Below are positions 50,252-62,800 of a DNA stretch of 64,000 bases, one piece after another (within the stretch, counting starts at the first letter, position 1; each line of letters begins with the position of its first letter). The notes under the pieces were generated by a model. That model saw nothing but the letters and a program-made list of their open reading frames with translations, ran no database searches and had not been told where the DNA came from. The translations under genes and the position numbers were made by a program. The stretch is from Negaprion brevirostris (Eukaryota): NCBI GenBank assembly GCA_030324005.1, contig JARDVH010000097.1, positions 52,314,449-52,378,448 of the forward strand, written 5' to 3'.

Positions 50252-51245
50252 TATACTGTCTCTGAACATTTCTTGTTTTTTTTGGGGGGGGCGGGGGGGG
50301 AGTCCAGATAGTTCATCAACAGTTGAATAAGCAGAGGAATTGTCTCTTGACAACAAACTTATCCATTTCTTCTCAGGATATAAAAGATTTTTCTGCATCT
50401 GCTAAGTTGTTTTGTCTTGGTTTACTATTAATAAAAAAGCACAGGAATGCTGTTGCTTCGTTTCTATGGTGACTAGTAAAAACCACATCTCAATTTCACT
50501 CCTTGGCCACCTGCGCTTAAAATGTTCACGTTTTTAGAATCAAAAGACGAATACCTCAAAGTATTTGATGATTTTCATGAGCATTGACTTGGTGTCTTGG
50601 TTGGCTTAAATATTTAAACAATATTCAATAGATGAAACAGTTTGTTTTACATTACCTTTCAACAAAATTCCACACATGGACAGTTCCTATGGCACACCAG
50701 CAGCACACTGGTTGAAGACTACTGCTCTATAAGGACCCATTGGTGGTGGTCCTTAAAATGGCTATGGGTTGGAGAATTTTGGCCTTCACAGAGGGCAGGG
50801 CTGTCCCCGGCCTCCACTTTTGTTTGCTCGACCATTTGAACTTTGACAAGGCCATTAGATGTGACCCCTGTGTTTGTGGGTCATCCAGTGGAGATGGGAA
50901 GCACAAAATTTCACTTTCTGCAGTTGTTTCTGAGCTGAGTGTCTCTGTTCCTGTTATTGATGTGGTTACTAGATTTGGTCTTTTTTTGGGTTTGATTTAT
51001 TTTGCCAAATTGGAGGTTATGTTCCTGGGCAGGTTAAGAAGTAAAATTTTATCGCTTTGCTGATTGGGTGTGTTGTCTCGGTTACTTTATCTTCTGCAAA
51101 TGCTATCTATCCTATTGTTAGCTAAGGTAATTTAAATTTATGCGTCATTTAGTTCTTTCAGTTCTGAATAAGAAGAAAACGTATTTAAAATTACCCAAGT
51201 TGCAGTTACCTGGCTCTAAAGGAGCATTAAAAATTTGTATATTAA

Positions 51246-51408
51246 GATCATAGAATCTCTGTGGTGCAGAAGAGGCCATTTGGCCTGATTCTGACAGCAT
51301 ATCGTGCCCAGGGCCTCTTGCACACCACCCCCAGCCCACTCCACACAGACAGTCACCCAAGGCTGTAATTGAACCCGGGTCCTTGGAGCTGTGAGGCAGC
51401 AGTGTTAA
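51246..51408 (-). mobile_element. Internally deleted HE1-like SINE
   Basis: Tail plus actccacacagacagtcacccaagg...tgtgaggcagcagtg head. Confidence 0.8.
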
Positions 51409-52644
51409 ACCCCTCCTTCTCCACCCTTAGATGTATCCTTTTATTACTTCTGTGGAAGCACTGGGTATAATGAATAATCTAAATTTTCCTTTTTTTTTGC
51501 TCTCTTCCTACTTGTTTGTTTGAAAATGATCCTACTGTACTATAACAATCTTTGAGAGCTTGTGGCATTTTTGTATAAAATGGAAAAATATTCAAAACAT
51601 TAATTTTAAAAAAAGTCTTGGCGAAGAGGTTTTATTCCTGTCTGATTTTAGTAAATTGCATTCAGATTGAGGAAGAAATACCCTGGGTAAACAAAGAAGT
51701 CTCCAAACTATCCAAACTCCCACAAGAAAATGTGTCATTCAGTTGAGGATTGGGTTCGGTTGTGTTGCCCATCACACTTTTTTTAAGTCACTTGGCTAGA
51801 TGTTCTAGAAGTTTGCTGTTGGATAGTATGGTAGTGAAAAGTATTTCAAAGTTCTTGGAGAAAGCAACTGTTTTGCTTGCTAGCAAAACTCATACTACCA
51901 CAGAGGCTGCAATCTCATTTAATTCGCACAGTTTTAGTGTATGAAGAATCTCTGGCCTGATTCTGAAACTGATATGAGGTCCTGTTGCACCTTTTGTGAA
52001 TCTGAAAGATATGCTAGCTGCATTTTTAATATGCTTTGAAGTGTATCACACTAGACAAGGATATTATCCAATTGGAAGATCATTTATTTGCATATACTTT
52101 TTCAAAATGCTTCCGTCTTTGTGCTTTGTTTGTTTTTGCACAAAGCTTTAAATGGGGGAAATAAATGTCAAATAGCTGAGGTTGTAGCTTTTTTGGATTG
52201 TTGTTTTATGGTGCTGACTCCTTGCAGTTAATAAATTGCTGTATGATGCTAGCTCTCCATGCATAAAATATACTGGTCAGACATTTTAAATTTCTGTAAA
52301 ATAATTCAGTGGTTTTATGTATATTTGGTAATCATGAGGATAATGGGAGTGTGCATTGCATGCAAATGCTTGTATTTGATCAACTTTTTCTGGTACTTTT
52401 TCTGGTACTTTTTCTGAACTGCCTCAATACTACTTACTTTTCCTCTCCTTAACACACATTCCCTTTTTGTTTTGGGAGGGACAGCATATTTTGGAGATAG
52501 GAATAGCTGGCATTCAGAATATTGGCTGGAACACTCTCATCCTCGCTCATGTCGTTTTTTTTTACCAGCATAAAAAATGGGCCACAGGTTAGCTCCAATC
52601 CTTTAGTTAATTCCATACCAGCCACTATATGTACCGGGGTGGCA

Positions 52645-54124
52645 CAGTCATGTAGGTTCTTCACTCCTACGATATATTCTTTTGACTCAGAATTTATTTT
52701 TCATACCTCTGAAATGCCTTGGAATGACTGAAATGTTTGTTTTATTGAAGGAACCTAAAAATGAGTGAGTTGCCTGGAGAGNNNNNNNNNNNNNNNNNNN
52801 NNNNNNNNNNNNNNNNNNNNNNNNNNNNNNNNNNNNNNNNNNNNNNNNNNNNNNNNNNNNNNNNNNNNNNNNNNNNNNNNNCTCTTTTGGCTCAGAATTT
52901 ATGTTTGATACCTCTGAACTGCCTTGGAATGACTGAAATGTTTGTTTTATTGAAGGAACCTAAAACTGAGTGAGTTGCCTGGAGAGAGGGAATGGAGTTT
53001 TGGCAAAGGAACAAAGTTTATGGCAGCAATTCATAATAGTTTTGATCTTCTAACCCAGGGACCCTGGGTTTGAATCCCAGCTTGGGTCGCTGTCTGTGTG
53101 GAGTTTGCACATTCTGCTCGTGTCTGCGTGGGTTTCCCCCAGGTGCTCTGGTTTCTTCCCACAGTCCAAAGACATGCTGGCTAGGTGTATTAGTCATGCC
53201 AAATTCTCTCTCTATATCCGAACAGGCATCAGGTGTGGCGACTAGGGGATTTTCACAGTAATTTCATTGCAGTGTTAATGTAAGCCTACTTATGACTAAC
53301 TAACTGTTTTACATGAGTAGCCAGGGCTAGCTAGCTACCTTTTTTGTGTGTGTGAGATTACATCTGTTCTTTCCCAATAATGAAGTTTCAGAATTAAGAC
53401 CACAAGAGTGGTGTCTACCTTGTGTATGAGAGAACAGATATGTCTTTCCCATTCCATGCTGTACCACGTTCACGTTTCTATTTGTTGGATGTTAGTAACA
53501 CTTTCAAGGCTATATTTAATGCTCAACCCTGCCTGTCACCACCCTTGCAATGCTAGATGTTAAATTCCACAATATTCATCATTGCTTGATAATCAAATGA
53601 TACAACCTGGAGGAGAATTGAGGTGATAGTGTTCTCGTGAATCGCAACTCTTGTCCATTATTGCAGGGTAGGAGGGACTATTGAATGAACTTGAGTTGCT
53701 GAAATGTGTCCAGTAGGTCCTAAATGTCCAGCTCCCTTGTGTGATTATAATGCAGGGGGGTTCCTGGGGAGTTCAATGGCAGGAACACCAATTCAGAGAC
53801 TCATTCAATCCGTGTGGCATAGGGATTGTGTTACTTTTGATTCTACCATTCAGGTGAATGACAAGTATTCCATTGCTCAGATTTTGAATGGTTCACTTTG
53901 TGAGGTCAGTCAGTGTATTTTTTTGTTATAGATTGTCCATTCTGTGCCATGAACCTGTGGCCAAGGCACTGATTATGACTGTTCCAATTAAACATCTGAT
54001 GATCTTGCTTTCAGTCATGTAGGTTCTTCACCCCTTCTGCAATTATACTCTTTTGGCTCAGAATTTATGTTTGATACCTCTGAACTGCCTTGGAATGACT
54101 GAAATGTTTGTTTTATTGAAGGAA
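52645..54124 (+). repeat. Three copies of a ~105-135 bp unit (52645-52781, 52882-52986, 54012-54124), each abutting a gap
   Basis: ctcagaattta..atacctctgaa.tgccttggaatgactgaaatgtttgttttattgaaggaa in all three. Confidence 0.85.
53055..53300 (+). mobile_element. HE1-like V-SINE variant with the alternative tail
   Basis: ccagggaccctgggtttgaatccc...gtgtggcgactaggggattttcacagtaatttcattgcagtgttaatgtaagcc. Confidence 0.88.
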
Positions 54125-56292
54125 NNNNNNNNNNNNNNNNNNNNNNNNNNNNNNNNNNNNNNNNNNNNNNNNNNNNNNNNNNNNNNNNNNNNNNNNNNNN
54201 NNNNNNNNNNNNNNNNNNNNNNNNNNNNNNNNNNNNNNNNNNNNNNNNNNNNNNNNNNNNNNNNNNNNNNNNNNNNNNNNNNNNNNNNNNNNNNNNNNNN
54301 NNNNNNNNNNNNNNNNNNNNNNNNNNNNNNNNNNNNNNNNNNNNNNNNNNNNNNNNNNNNNNNNNNNNNNNNNNNNNNNNNNNNNNNNNNNNNNNNNNNN
54401 NNNNNNNNNNNNNNNNNNNNNNNNNNNNNNNNNNNNNNNNNNNNNNNNNNNNNNNNNNNNNNNNNNNNNNNNNNNNNNNNNNNNNNNNNNNNNNNNNNNN
54501 NNNNNNNNNNNNNNNNNNNNNNNNNNNNNNNNNNNNNNNNNNNNNNNNNNNNNNNNNNNNNNNNNNNNNNNNNNNNNNNNNNNNNNNNNNNNNNNNNNNN
54601 GGACTTCAACTTGGTATTGTGTTTACCCCAGTTCAACGCTGGCATCTCCATATCGTATAAATTCCAGCCATGACTTTGTCTCAATGCTGCAATTATGTGA
54701 AGTTTAGGCTGGAGGGATTCAAACAGGGAATGTAGAGTTAGATGTGCCCTGATGATAACATTTAATTAAATGCTTAGAAATGGATTGATAGTTGTACAAC
54801 TTGAAAGGAGGTGGGACAACATCAGAGAAAGGGGAAACTTGGCTTTCCCTCCTTGCCTTCATGTTAAACAATGGGAAGAGTCAAGATAGAAAGGAGTTGT
54901 GCTTCCTGGAAGAAGTGAGTATGGTGAGATTGTGGGGAAAATGACTGGATCAGGAGGAAATCTAAGCAGAAAACGTGATGGAGAGAAAGTAACAGCAAGG
55001 AGAAAGCGTGGTGGAAACAGCTGCACAAATAATCCCCACCCCCTGCATCCGAGAAGCAAAGAAATGCTGAGCTTTTTGTACTGTGTTAAAGATATGGTGG
55101 GGAAGCAGATTGTCGGAAGTAGTTAGTGAAGGATTGCCCTTCTGCTCCAGGGTAAATCTGAAATAGGAGGACAGCTATAAGAATAGGCACAATAATGCTT
55201 GATGTGGTGAAGTCGAATCCTTTTTTGAATAGGTTGCAGCCTGAAATTACACAAGATGAGAAATACATTGGGAAAATGGCAGGGGTGGGGGATTTTTTTT
55301 CCCGTTTGCAGGAAACGGACGGAAAAATTAAAGACAGTTGAGAAATCAAGATGTGTAGAGGACAATAAAGAGAAGGTTGCATGTTTGAGAGTAAATGGAT
55401 GATGAGAGTTGAAATATTTTTCTTATGGCTATACAATGAGCATTGTGCATGCTGAATGTAAGTGGAAATGGAGATGCAAAGTGTTTAAAGGCCTTTTTTA
55501 TGTCAGCGGCTGGACTGTGGAGAGGCTGAAAGGAAATTGGAGAATTGTCAAAAAATGTGAATCCATGATTCTACTTCACACGTGATTCCATCCTCCTGAA
55601 CTGATCATGGTACAAGAAAAAGGAGAGATTGCATTCAATGTGAAGAGTTTCAGCATTTTCACTAACTACACGAAAATAGCTTCCGTATCACATTTTGACG
55701 ACTCCTAACTGATGTCTTGACATTTCAAAAGTAATTCATGACCAACAACTGCTTTCAACATGATAAAAAGACACATGCCAATCGTCTTGGTATTCTTGCC
55801 AAAATTCTCAGACAAGCCTTTCTTGCCACTAATTCTAGCCTGAATTCATCATTCGTTCTTCTCATGAGGCTGTATCATCTTTTAGATTGCTGGGTGTTGA
55901 ATGGTATGCGAATGCAATCAAGTTCCCTTTTTTTCCTTTGATCTTTCAGGAGTTACAAGATTCCACTCTGTTGCATGCTGACCAGCTCTGAGCCATTAAG
56001 TGGAATCATTTATACCCGTGCTTATGTCATAAATTTAACCTGCAATTGGAATTTATCATTTGAAAAGTGGGCAAACTCATCCTTTTCTGCTTTGTATTGG
56101 AGCCTTGAAGTCCTACTTCACTACTGAATTTAGCATCAACTTTATGAAGGCAATGGTCTGGTTCAAGATGAAATGGCAGAGTTCTCCACTGACCTTTTTG
56201 AAGAAAGCAGCTGTGGCATGGATTTCCCCTTTGCAATGTTGCTTTCGTTGTGGCATCCAGCAACATTGTCAACCAGCAGCCAATCACATTGT

Positions 56293-59200
56293 GGAGGCAG
56301 TGGTGTAGTGCTAAACTAGTAATCCAGGCACTTGGGGGTAATACTGTGGGAACACGAGTTTGAATCTCTCCATAGCATCAGGTAGTAGAATCTGAATTCA
56401 ATAAAGTCTGGAAGTAAAGGTCTAATAACAAAACCATTGTTAACAGCCATTAAGTCTATCTGGTTCACTAATTTCCTTTTTGGGGAAGGAAAACTGCCAT
56501 CCTTAACCTGGTCTGGCCTCCAGACATAGCAATGTAGTTGATTCTTAAATGCCCTCTGAAATTCAGTTGTATCAAACTGCCAAAAGTCTCAAAGGAATGA
56601 AACCGGCTAGACCACTTGGAAATGGTAATGGCAAACTTGGTCCAGTTGGCCCTGCAACTGCCTCGGTACTAACATCTGGAGGCTTCTGCCAAAATTGGGA
56701 GAGCTGTTCTGCAGACTAATAAAGCAACAGCCCGATGCTGTCATACTCATGGAATTATAGCTTTACAGAGAATGTCCCAGACGCCACCTTTACCATCCCT
56801 GAGAATGCCCTGTCCTACCAGCGGTGGTGACACCCCAGTGATGTACAGTCTGTAGGGAATTTCCCTGGGAGCCTTCAACACTGACCTGGTACCAGGTCAA
56901 ACATGGCACGGAAACATGCCAATTATTACATAACCACACCCAGCTGCTGAATCATCTTGAACACAAGAGGAAGCATTGTGAATAGCACAATTATTTTCTG
57001 GGTGGGGCACTTCAATGTCCATCACCAAAAGTGTTGGTAACAGCACTACTGACCTAGATAGCTGGGTCCTAAATGACATAGTTGCTAAACTGGGTTTGTG
57101 GTAGGTGATAGGGAACCAACAAGTGGAAAAAACCTCCTCACCAACCTATCAGCCACAGGTGCACTTGTGTGATAATAGTGGTAGAAGTGTCTACTGCGCA
57201 GTTCTTGTTTAGACAAAATTCCATTTCATTTTGAGCATATCCCCCATTTGTGTTGTATGATGACACCACTATGCTAAATAAGAGCACTTTCAATAGTTCT
57301 AGCAATTCACCATTGGGAGATCAGCACTGTGGGTCATTAGCAGCAGAATTGTATTCAACCACAATTTGTAACCTTGGACATGATCTGGAGGAGGGAACCG
57401 AGTGTATGGTGTCGAAATTTGCTGATGACACCAAGATTGGTGGAACGGCAAATNNNNNNNNNNNNNNNNNNNNNNNNNNNNNNNNNNNNNNNNNNNNNNN
57501 NNNNNNNNNNNNNNNNNNNNNNNNNNNNNNNNNNNNNNNNNNNNNNNNNNNNNATTGAATGGCGGGGCAGGCTCGAAGGGCTGGATGGCCTACTCCTGCT
57601 CCTATTTCTTATGTTCTTGTGTTCTTATATCTCCTCCTCTGCCATTACTACCAAGCTAGGGGATCAATTCTGGTTCAGTGAAGAGTCCAGGTGGGCATAC
57701 CAGGAACAGCACAGGCGTACCTAAAAATTAGATGTCAAGCTACAACGCAAGACTGCATGTCAAACAACATTAGCAGCAAATGATCTTCAACCAATTCAAT
57801 TCACTCCGCATGATGTCAAGACATGGCTGAACACATTGCATATTGTCAAAGTTTGAGCCCTGCCAGCTATAGTATTTTATTACATTCCAAGCTATTTCAG
57901 TACAGCCACAACATTGGAATCTACCCAGCAATGTGGAAAATTGCCCATGTATTTTGTATACAAAAAAAGCAGGACAAATACAATCTGATCAGTTACTGCC
58001 CTATCAGTCTGTTCTTGATCATCAGTCAATTGATGGAAGGGGTCATCAACTGTACTGCAAGGGACATTTGTTCAGGATTACCCTATTCTGTGATGCTGAA
58101 TTTGGGTTCTGACAGGGTCCCTCAGCTCCTGATCTCATTACAGCCCTAGTTCAAACATGGACAAAAGAGCTGAAATCCAGAGGTGAGGTGAGAGTGATTC
58201 CCATGACATCAGTGCTGCATATCTCCCAAGTATCGATGACTCCAGATTTGTAGGGCGCAATGGGGATTGAGGGGCTCGTGGATGGAATTTTCCATTGTTT
58301 GGAGCCATACAGAGAAAGGTGGTTGAGGTTGTTGGAGGTCAATCATCTCAGTTTCAGGACATCCACTGCAGGACTTCGTCTGGGTAGTATACTCGGCCGA
58401 AACATCTTCAGGTACTTCATCAATAACCTTGCTTCCATTTTAAGGTCAGAATGGGGATATTGGCTGGTGATTGCACATGTTCGATACCATTTGTGACTCT
58501 TCCGATCCTGCAGCAGTTCATATTTAAATGCAGCTAGACCTGGATAATATCCAGGCTTGGGCAGACAGATGAAAGGTAACATTTGTGCCACACTGTGTCA
58601 GTCACTGAGAACCTAACCATCACTCCTTGACATTCAATGGTACTACCATCATTGAATCCCCCACTATCAACATCCTAGATGGTTACCATTGACCAGAAGC
58701 TCCACTGGATTAGCCATATAAATACTATGGTTACAAGAGCAGGTCAGAGGCTCAGAATCCTGTGGCAAGTAATTCCCCTATGATTCTCAAAGCCTGTCCA
58801 TAATCTACAAGGTACAAGTCAAGAATGTGATGGAATACTGTCCCCTTGCGTGGGTGATTTGCAGCTCCAACAACACTCAAGAAGCTTGACATCATTTAGG
58901 ATAAACAAACTGGGATCCTATCCGCAAATCTCCACTTCCCCTGCTACTTGACACAGAGTAGCAGTGTATGATCTACAAGATACGCTGCAGAAACTCACCA
59001 ATGCTCCATAGGCAGCATCTTAACAGACCCACAACTTCTAGCTAGGAGAAGAGCAGTAGATACATGGGAGGAACACCACCTGGAAGTTCTCCTCTAAGCC
59101 ACTCTCGATCCTGGCTTGGAAATATATTGCCATTCCTTCACTGTTGGTCAAAATGTTAAAACTTTCTCCCTAACAGCTTTGGGTGTGTCTACATGTACAA

Positions 59201-59305
59201 TTCAGGAAGGCAACTTACCACATCACCTTAAGAACAACCAGGAATGGGCAATAAATGCTGGCCTAACCAAAGAAGCACATTCCTTGAATGAATCAAGAAA
59301 AGAAT
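56293..59305 (+). mobile_element. Near full-length decayed CR1/L2-group LINE (EN+RT) with a tRNA/Deu-SINE-like 5' end
   Basis: Head 56293-56560 collinear with SINE 49899; EN-like NIW..LPKLGEL..KQQPDAVIL, WVGHFNVHHQ; RT-like MWKIAHV..Y.PISL; 3' tail gaatgggcaataaatgctggcc. Confidence 0.8.
57376..57628 (+). mobile_element. Younger CR1 3' fragment nested in the LINE (gap inside)
   Basis: DLEEGTECMVSKFADDTKIGG; gatggcctactcctgctcctatttcttatgttctt tail. Confidence 0.9.
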
Positions 59306-59347
59306 TTTCATAATACACTTTCAAGCTCCCCAATAAAGCTTGGGTCA

Positions 59348-60580
59348 TATTCAAGCGAGTAGAGTAGATGATGAATTTTATAATAAACTTTAAAACATTA
59401 ATTGATCACAATGGAGAAATTAGGTCAGATCCTGAGAGGTTATTCAGCAGAAATTATGAACTTAATACCCTCCTCTTAAAGAATCCAGTTACGTAGTCAA
59501 CAAGATGCAACTATTTGAGAATAGAGCAAAAATGAATCAATCTGTGACTTTCAAAAGATCAACATCTACGAGGACTTCTGCACAGTGCACCCTGTGGAGG
59601 AACTGGGAATCGCTGACTGCAATGAGGGTGACAGTTTTGCCATCACTACTATCAATGTCTGGCTTGTTTCGAGTAAAAATAATTTTTTAAATAACCATGG
59701 TGTGGAGTATTAAGTCCTGATTTGATTAATCCTGTTCAACCTTATGACTGCTGAATGATTTGATTTTTTTTCTCTAGACGAATTTGATTATGGAGGTTAA
59801 TTAACCTTAATTTGGATAACTGAGTCTTTGCCGTAAATAGCCGTTAGTTTAGACTTAGTTTACTAAAAGCTTTGAAGCATTTTTTCATCTTAGCATCTCT
59901 GACCATTAAAAATATTTTGGTATTGCGCACAAGCAGTTGCTTACAATTTTCCTTAATCAAATTTTTAAAAATTGCTTGGAATGCTACTTTTGTTTTAACT
60001 TCAAACTTGATGGTCAATTGCTGTCAATGTTTTTCCTTTGGGACATGATAGCTGATCTTTGTGTTATTGGGTAGAGAAGGATGAAATTGGATTGGGCATT
60101 ACTTCAGATTGTTGGCTAATGGCCCCTACCACAAAATTAAAAGCGAATGAAAATCAATGAGAACAGCACTTGGATTCTGCTGCAATGAACTAGCATCTTA
60201 GTGCTTGCTGTCTAATTGTGGAGTATTAAATCCTGATAAGAATTCAAGCAATTAGAGCAGTTCATGAATTTTATTAAAGCTTTAAAAAGTAATTGATCAC
60301 AATGGAGAAATTAGGTCAGGTCCTGAGAGGTTATTCAGCAGCAATTATGAACTTAATACCCTACTCTTAAAAAATCCAGTTACACAGTCAACAAGATGCA
60401 ACTATTTTTCCAAGGAATTTTACATTGATTCAAATGTTCATTTTTGCTCTATTTTCAATCTGTGACTTTCAAAAGATCATCACCTACGAGGACTTCTGCA
60501 CAGTGCACCCTGCGGAAGAACTGGGAATCGCTGACTGCAATGAGGGTAACAGTTTTGCCATCACTACTATATCAATATAG
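59348..60580 (+). repeat. Direct duplication of a ~310-340 bp unassigned unit (59348-59656 and 60241-60576)
   Basis: Two high-identity blocks aattgatcacaatggagaaattaggtcag...gatgcaactatt and caatctgtgactttcaaaagatc...gccatcactactat occur in both copies. Confidence 0.9.
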
Positions 60581-61676
60581 TAGAACCAGATAAAGATGAT
60601 CAATTGTCAAGCAATATACAGAGGGAAACTCAACAATGAGACTGCCCGTAGCTTCAAGCAAGACTTTGCTATGGGTCTGTTTATGTGCTCTACCTTGTGA
60701 TTTCATTATTTACAAATCATTGCCTTTTGGAGTGACACTTGGCTTGTTAAATCCTGGGATCAGAATGTATGATGTAAAAAGGCTTAAGAAGGATAGTTAG
60801 TCAGCTTTTTAAGTTGGAGAAAAGACAGTGAGCTGAAAACCATGACTACATATCTACACAAGTCCTTGGCACTACTTGTAATGTTTTTTAAGGTGACACT
60901 TTTTAGTGTGCTGTGCATAATATTTTTTGTCTTTTGACAACATAGAGAGTGGGAATTACCAAGCAACCCGCTGCTTGTTTTGTGGCAGTAGGAGGTGGCC
61001 TGCAATTGACCAGTGCATAATCTTCTGGCCTCTCGGTAGTCAACGGGGTTCCCTGTTGAGTGCGCTTCTGGCTGCCGGGAAACCTGCATGGGGGTGTGTT
61101 GGTGGGATTGGAAAATTCCGCCAGCATGCACAACTGGAAGGTTCTGGCCTCTTATGAGTAAACTTTGGGACTCCATGTATGCCAAATATCTGCTTCAATG
61201 ATGTATAATTATTGCTCAAGGAGTGAGACTCTGCAATTGCTTGACTTCTATTATCTTGAGTATGCCTGTGTCTTTGCATCAAACCTCCTCATCCTCAGCT
61301 TGGATCATTGTACTTGTGGAAGCATTTTTGTTCACTCATTAAGATTGTCACTGTCACTGTGTTGTGTCTTCATCTTGAAATAGAGATTAGGAGCTATTTG
61401 CAAGTCCACTTAGCAGTAATGCTTCTTTCTTGATCATTGCATATCTGTTCAGTCTGTCAGTGAATGGGATGCATAATAAACTGGTTAGCACTTTCCATTT
61501 ATATCTGAAAAGAGGCACAGGGAAAATGTGCAAACTCCACGTTTGGCGACCATTCGATTGGTCAGAAAACATTCCCAATCCTACATTTATTCGGTGATAA
61601 TGGCACTTTTTTTCCCCTCCAAAAGACCTCTCCCAGAACCGTGTTTTGTTGATTTTATAACCATTGACATAGTAGC

Positions 61677-61890
61677 TCATAGAATCCCCACGGTACAGGA
61701 GGAGGCCATTCAGCCCATTGAGCCTGCATCAACAACAATCCCTCTCAGACCCTTTCCCTATAACCTCTCATTTTGCCCTGCTAATCCCCTTAATGTCAAG
61801 GGGCAATTTAGCGCGGTCAGTCAACCTAACCCGTACATCTTTGGACTGTGGGAGGAAACTTGTGTGACATGGAGAGAATGTGCAAACTCT
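61677..61890 (-). mobile_element. HE1-like SINE 3' part
   Basis: catagaatcccc..ggaggaggccattcagccc...gagaatgtgcaaactc. Confidence 0.85.
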
Positions 61891-61894
61891 ACGT

Positions 61895-62800
61895 TTGCTG
61901 ACTATTTGATTGGGCAGCAACGTTCTTATTGGTTTAGCACAACACATGAATCTCTGGATTTTAAGCACATTCCAAAGAACTGGGAACTCCTTGATTGCTC
62001 TTATCTTCTGTGGATCAACTCTGACACTGGGAGTATTTATCTATGTGAAGAGTCCGCTCTTAAGCGCAAGTCCTTCCTGTAGGCATTGCAGCACAGCTTG
62101 TACTCGTGTTCTGTCTGAGTGGATCCATGGATCAGAACATCATCCATGTGACATTTGACCCAATCCAGTCCTATGGGACACTTGACATTGTCATCCTGAA
62201 GATCCCTAACACTGTGATGCTGAAAAGTAATCTGAAACATAACCTGTACTACACAGTTTGGGATATTATGTGCAACTTGGACTCTTCTACGATGGGTAAT
62301 TACCAAAAATCAATATTTGCAAATTCAGATCTGTTGGGTTTTGGCACTGGGATCATCCCTGAACACTAGTTTGCTGGTCCTGGTACAAATGAAATAACCC
62401 TATGTTTCAACAGAGTCAACTGTCCTCTTTGCCTTGTTAGCAAGAATGGACGACAGGCTTTGTGCGATGTAATACACTGCTTTCCTAATTATGTGAACAG
62501 GAAATTTATATGGAACTTTGACTCCGAAGGCTTTAGGCACATCTTTTATTAGTTTTTCCTCGGTGGAAATCAGTAAAGCTTTCCTGCTTAAGAGTGAACA
62601 GCTCTGATATCAGAGTTTGTGCTTTTTAAGCTTGTTTTCAGTTATCCTATCCTGAGTTCCCAATCTCTTGGCCCATGTAGATTTTCCTTTTGCACAGTTG
62701 CAGAAGAGGACTCTCACTCCAACCTCAGGTCATCGTCAGAGCTGCAACTGCTGCATGTGTAGTTTGTTTGGTTTCTGGATCTTCAAGGAAAGACATCTTA
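61895..62800 (-). mobile_element. Decayed Ty3/Gypsy internal fragment (RT core; possible protease/gag remnants)
   Basis: GLDWVKCHMDDVLIHGSTQTEHE matches the Gypsy RT xCHMDDVL motif. Confidence 0.7.

Noticed and set aside
52385-52416. Short tandem acttttt(t)ctggt repeats as a CRISPR-like array
   Set aside because: Simple slippage duplication without spacers, in vertebrate DNA; no CRISPR evidence anywhere in the window
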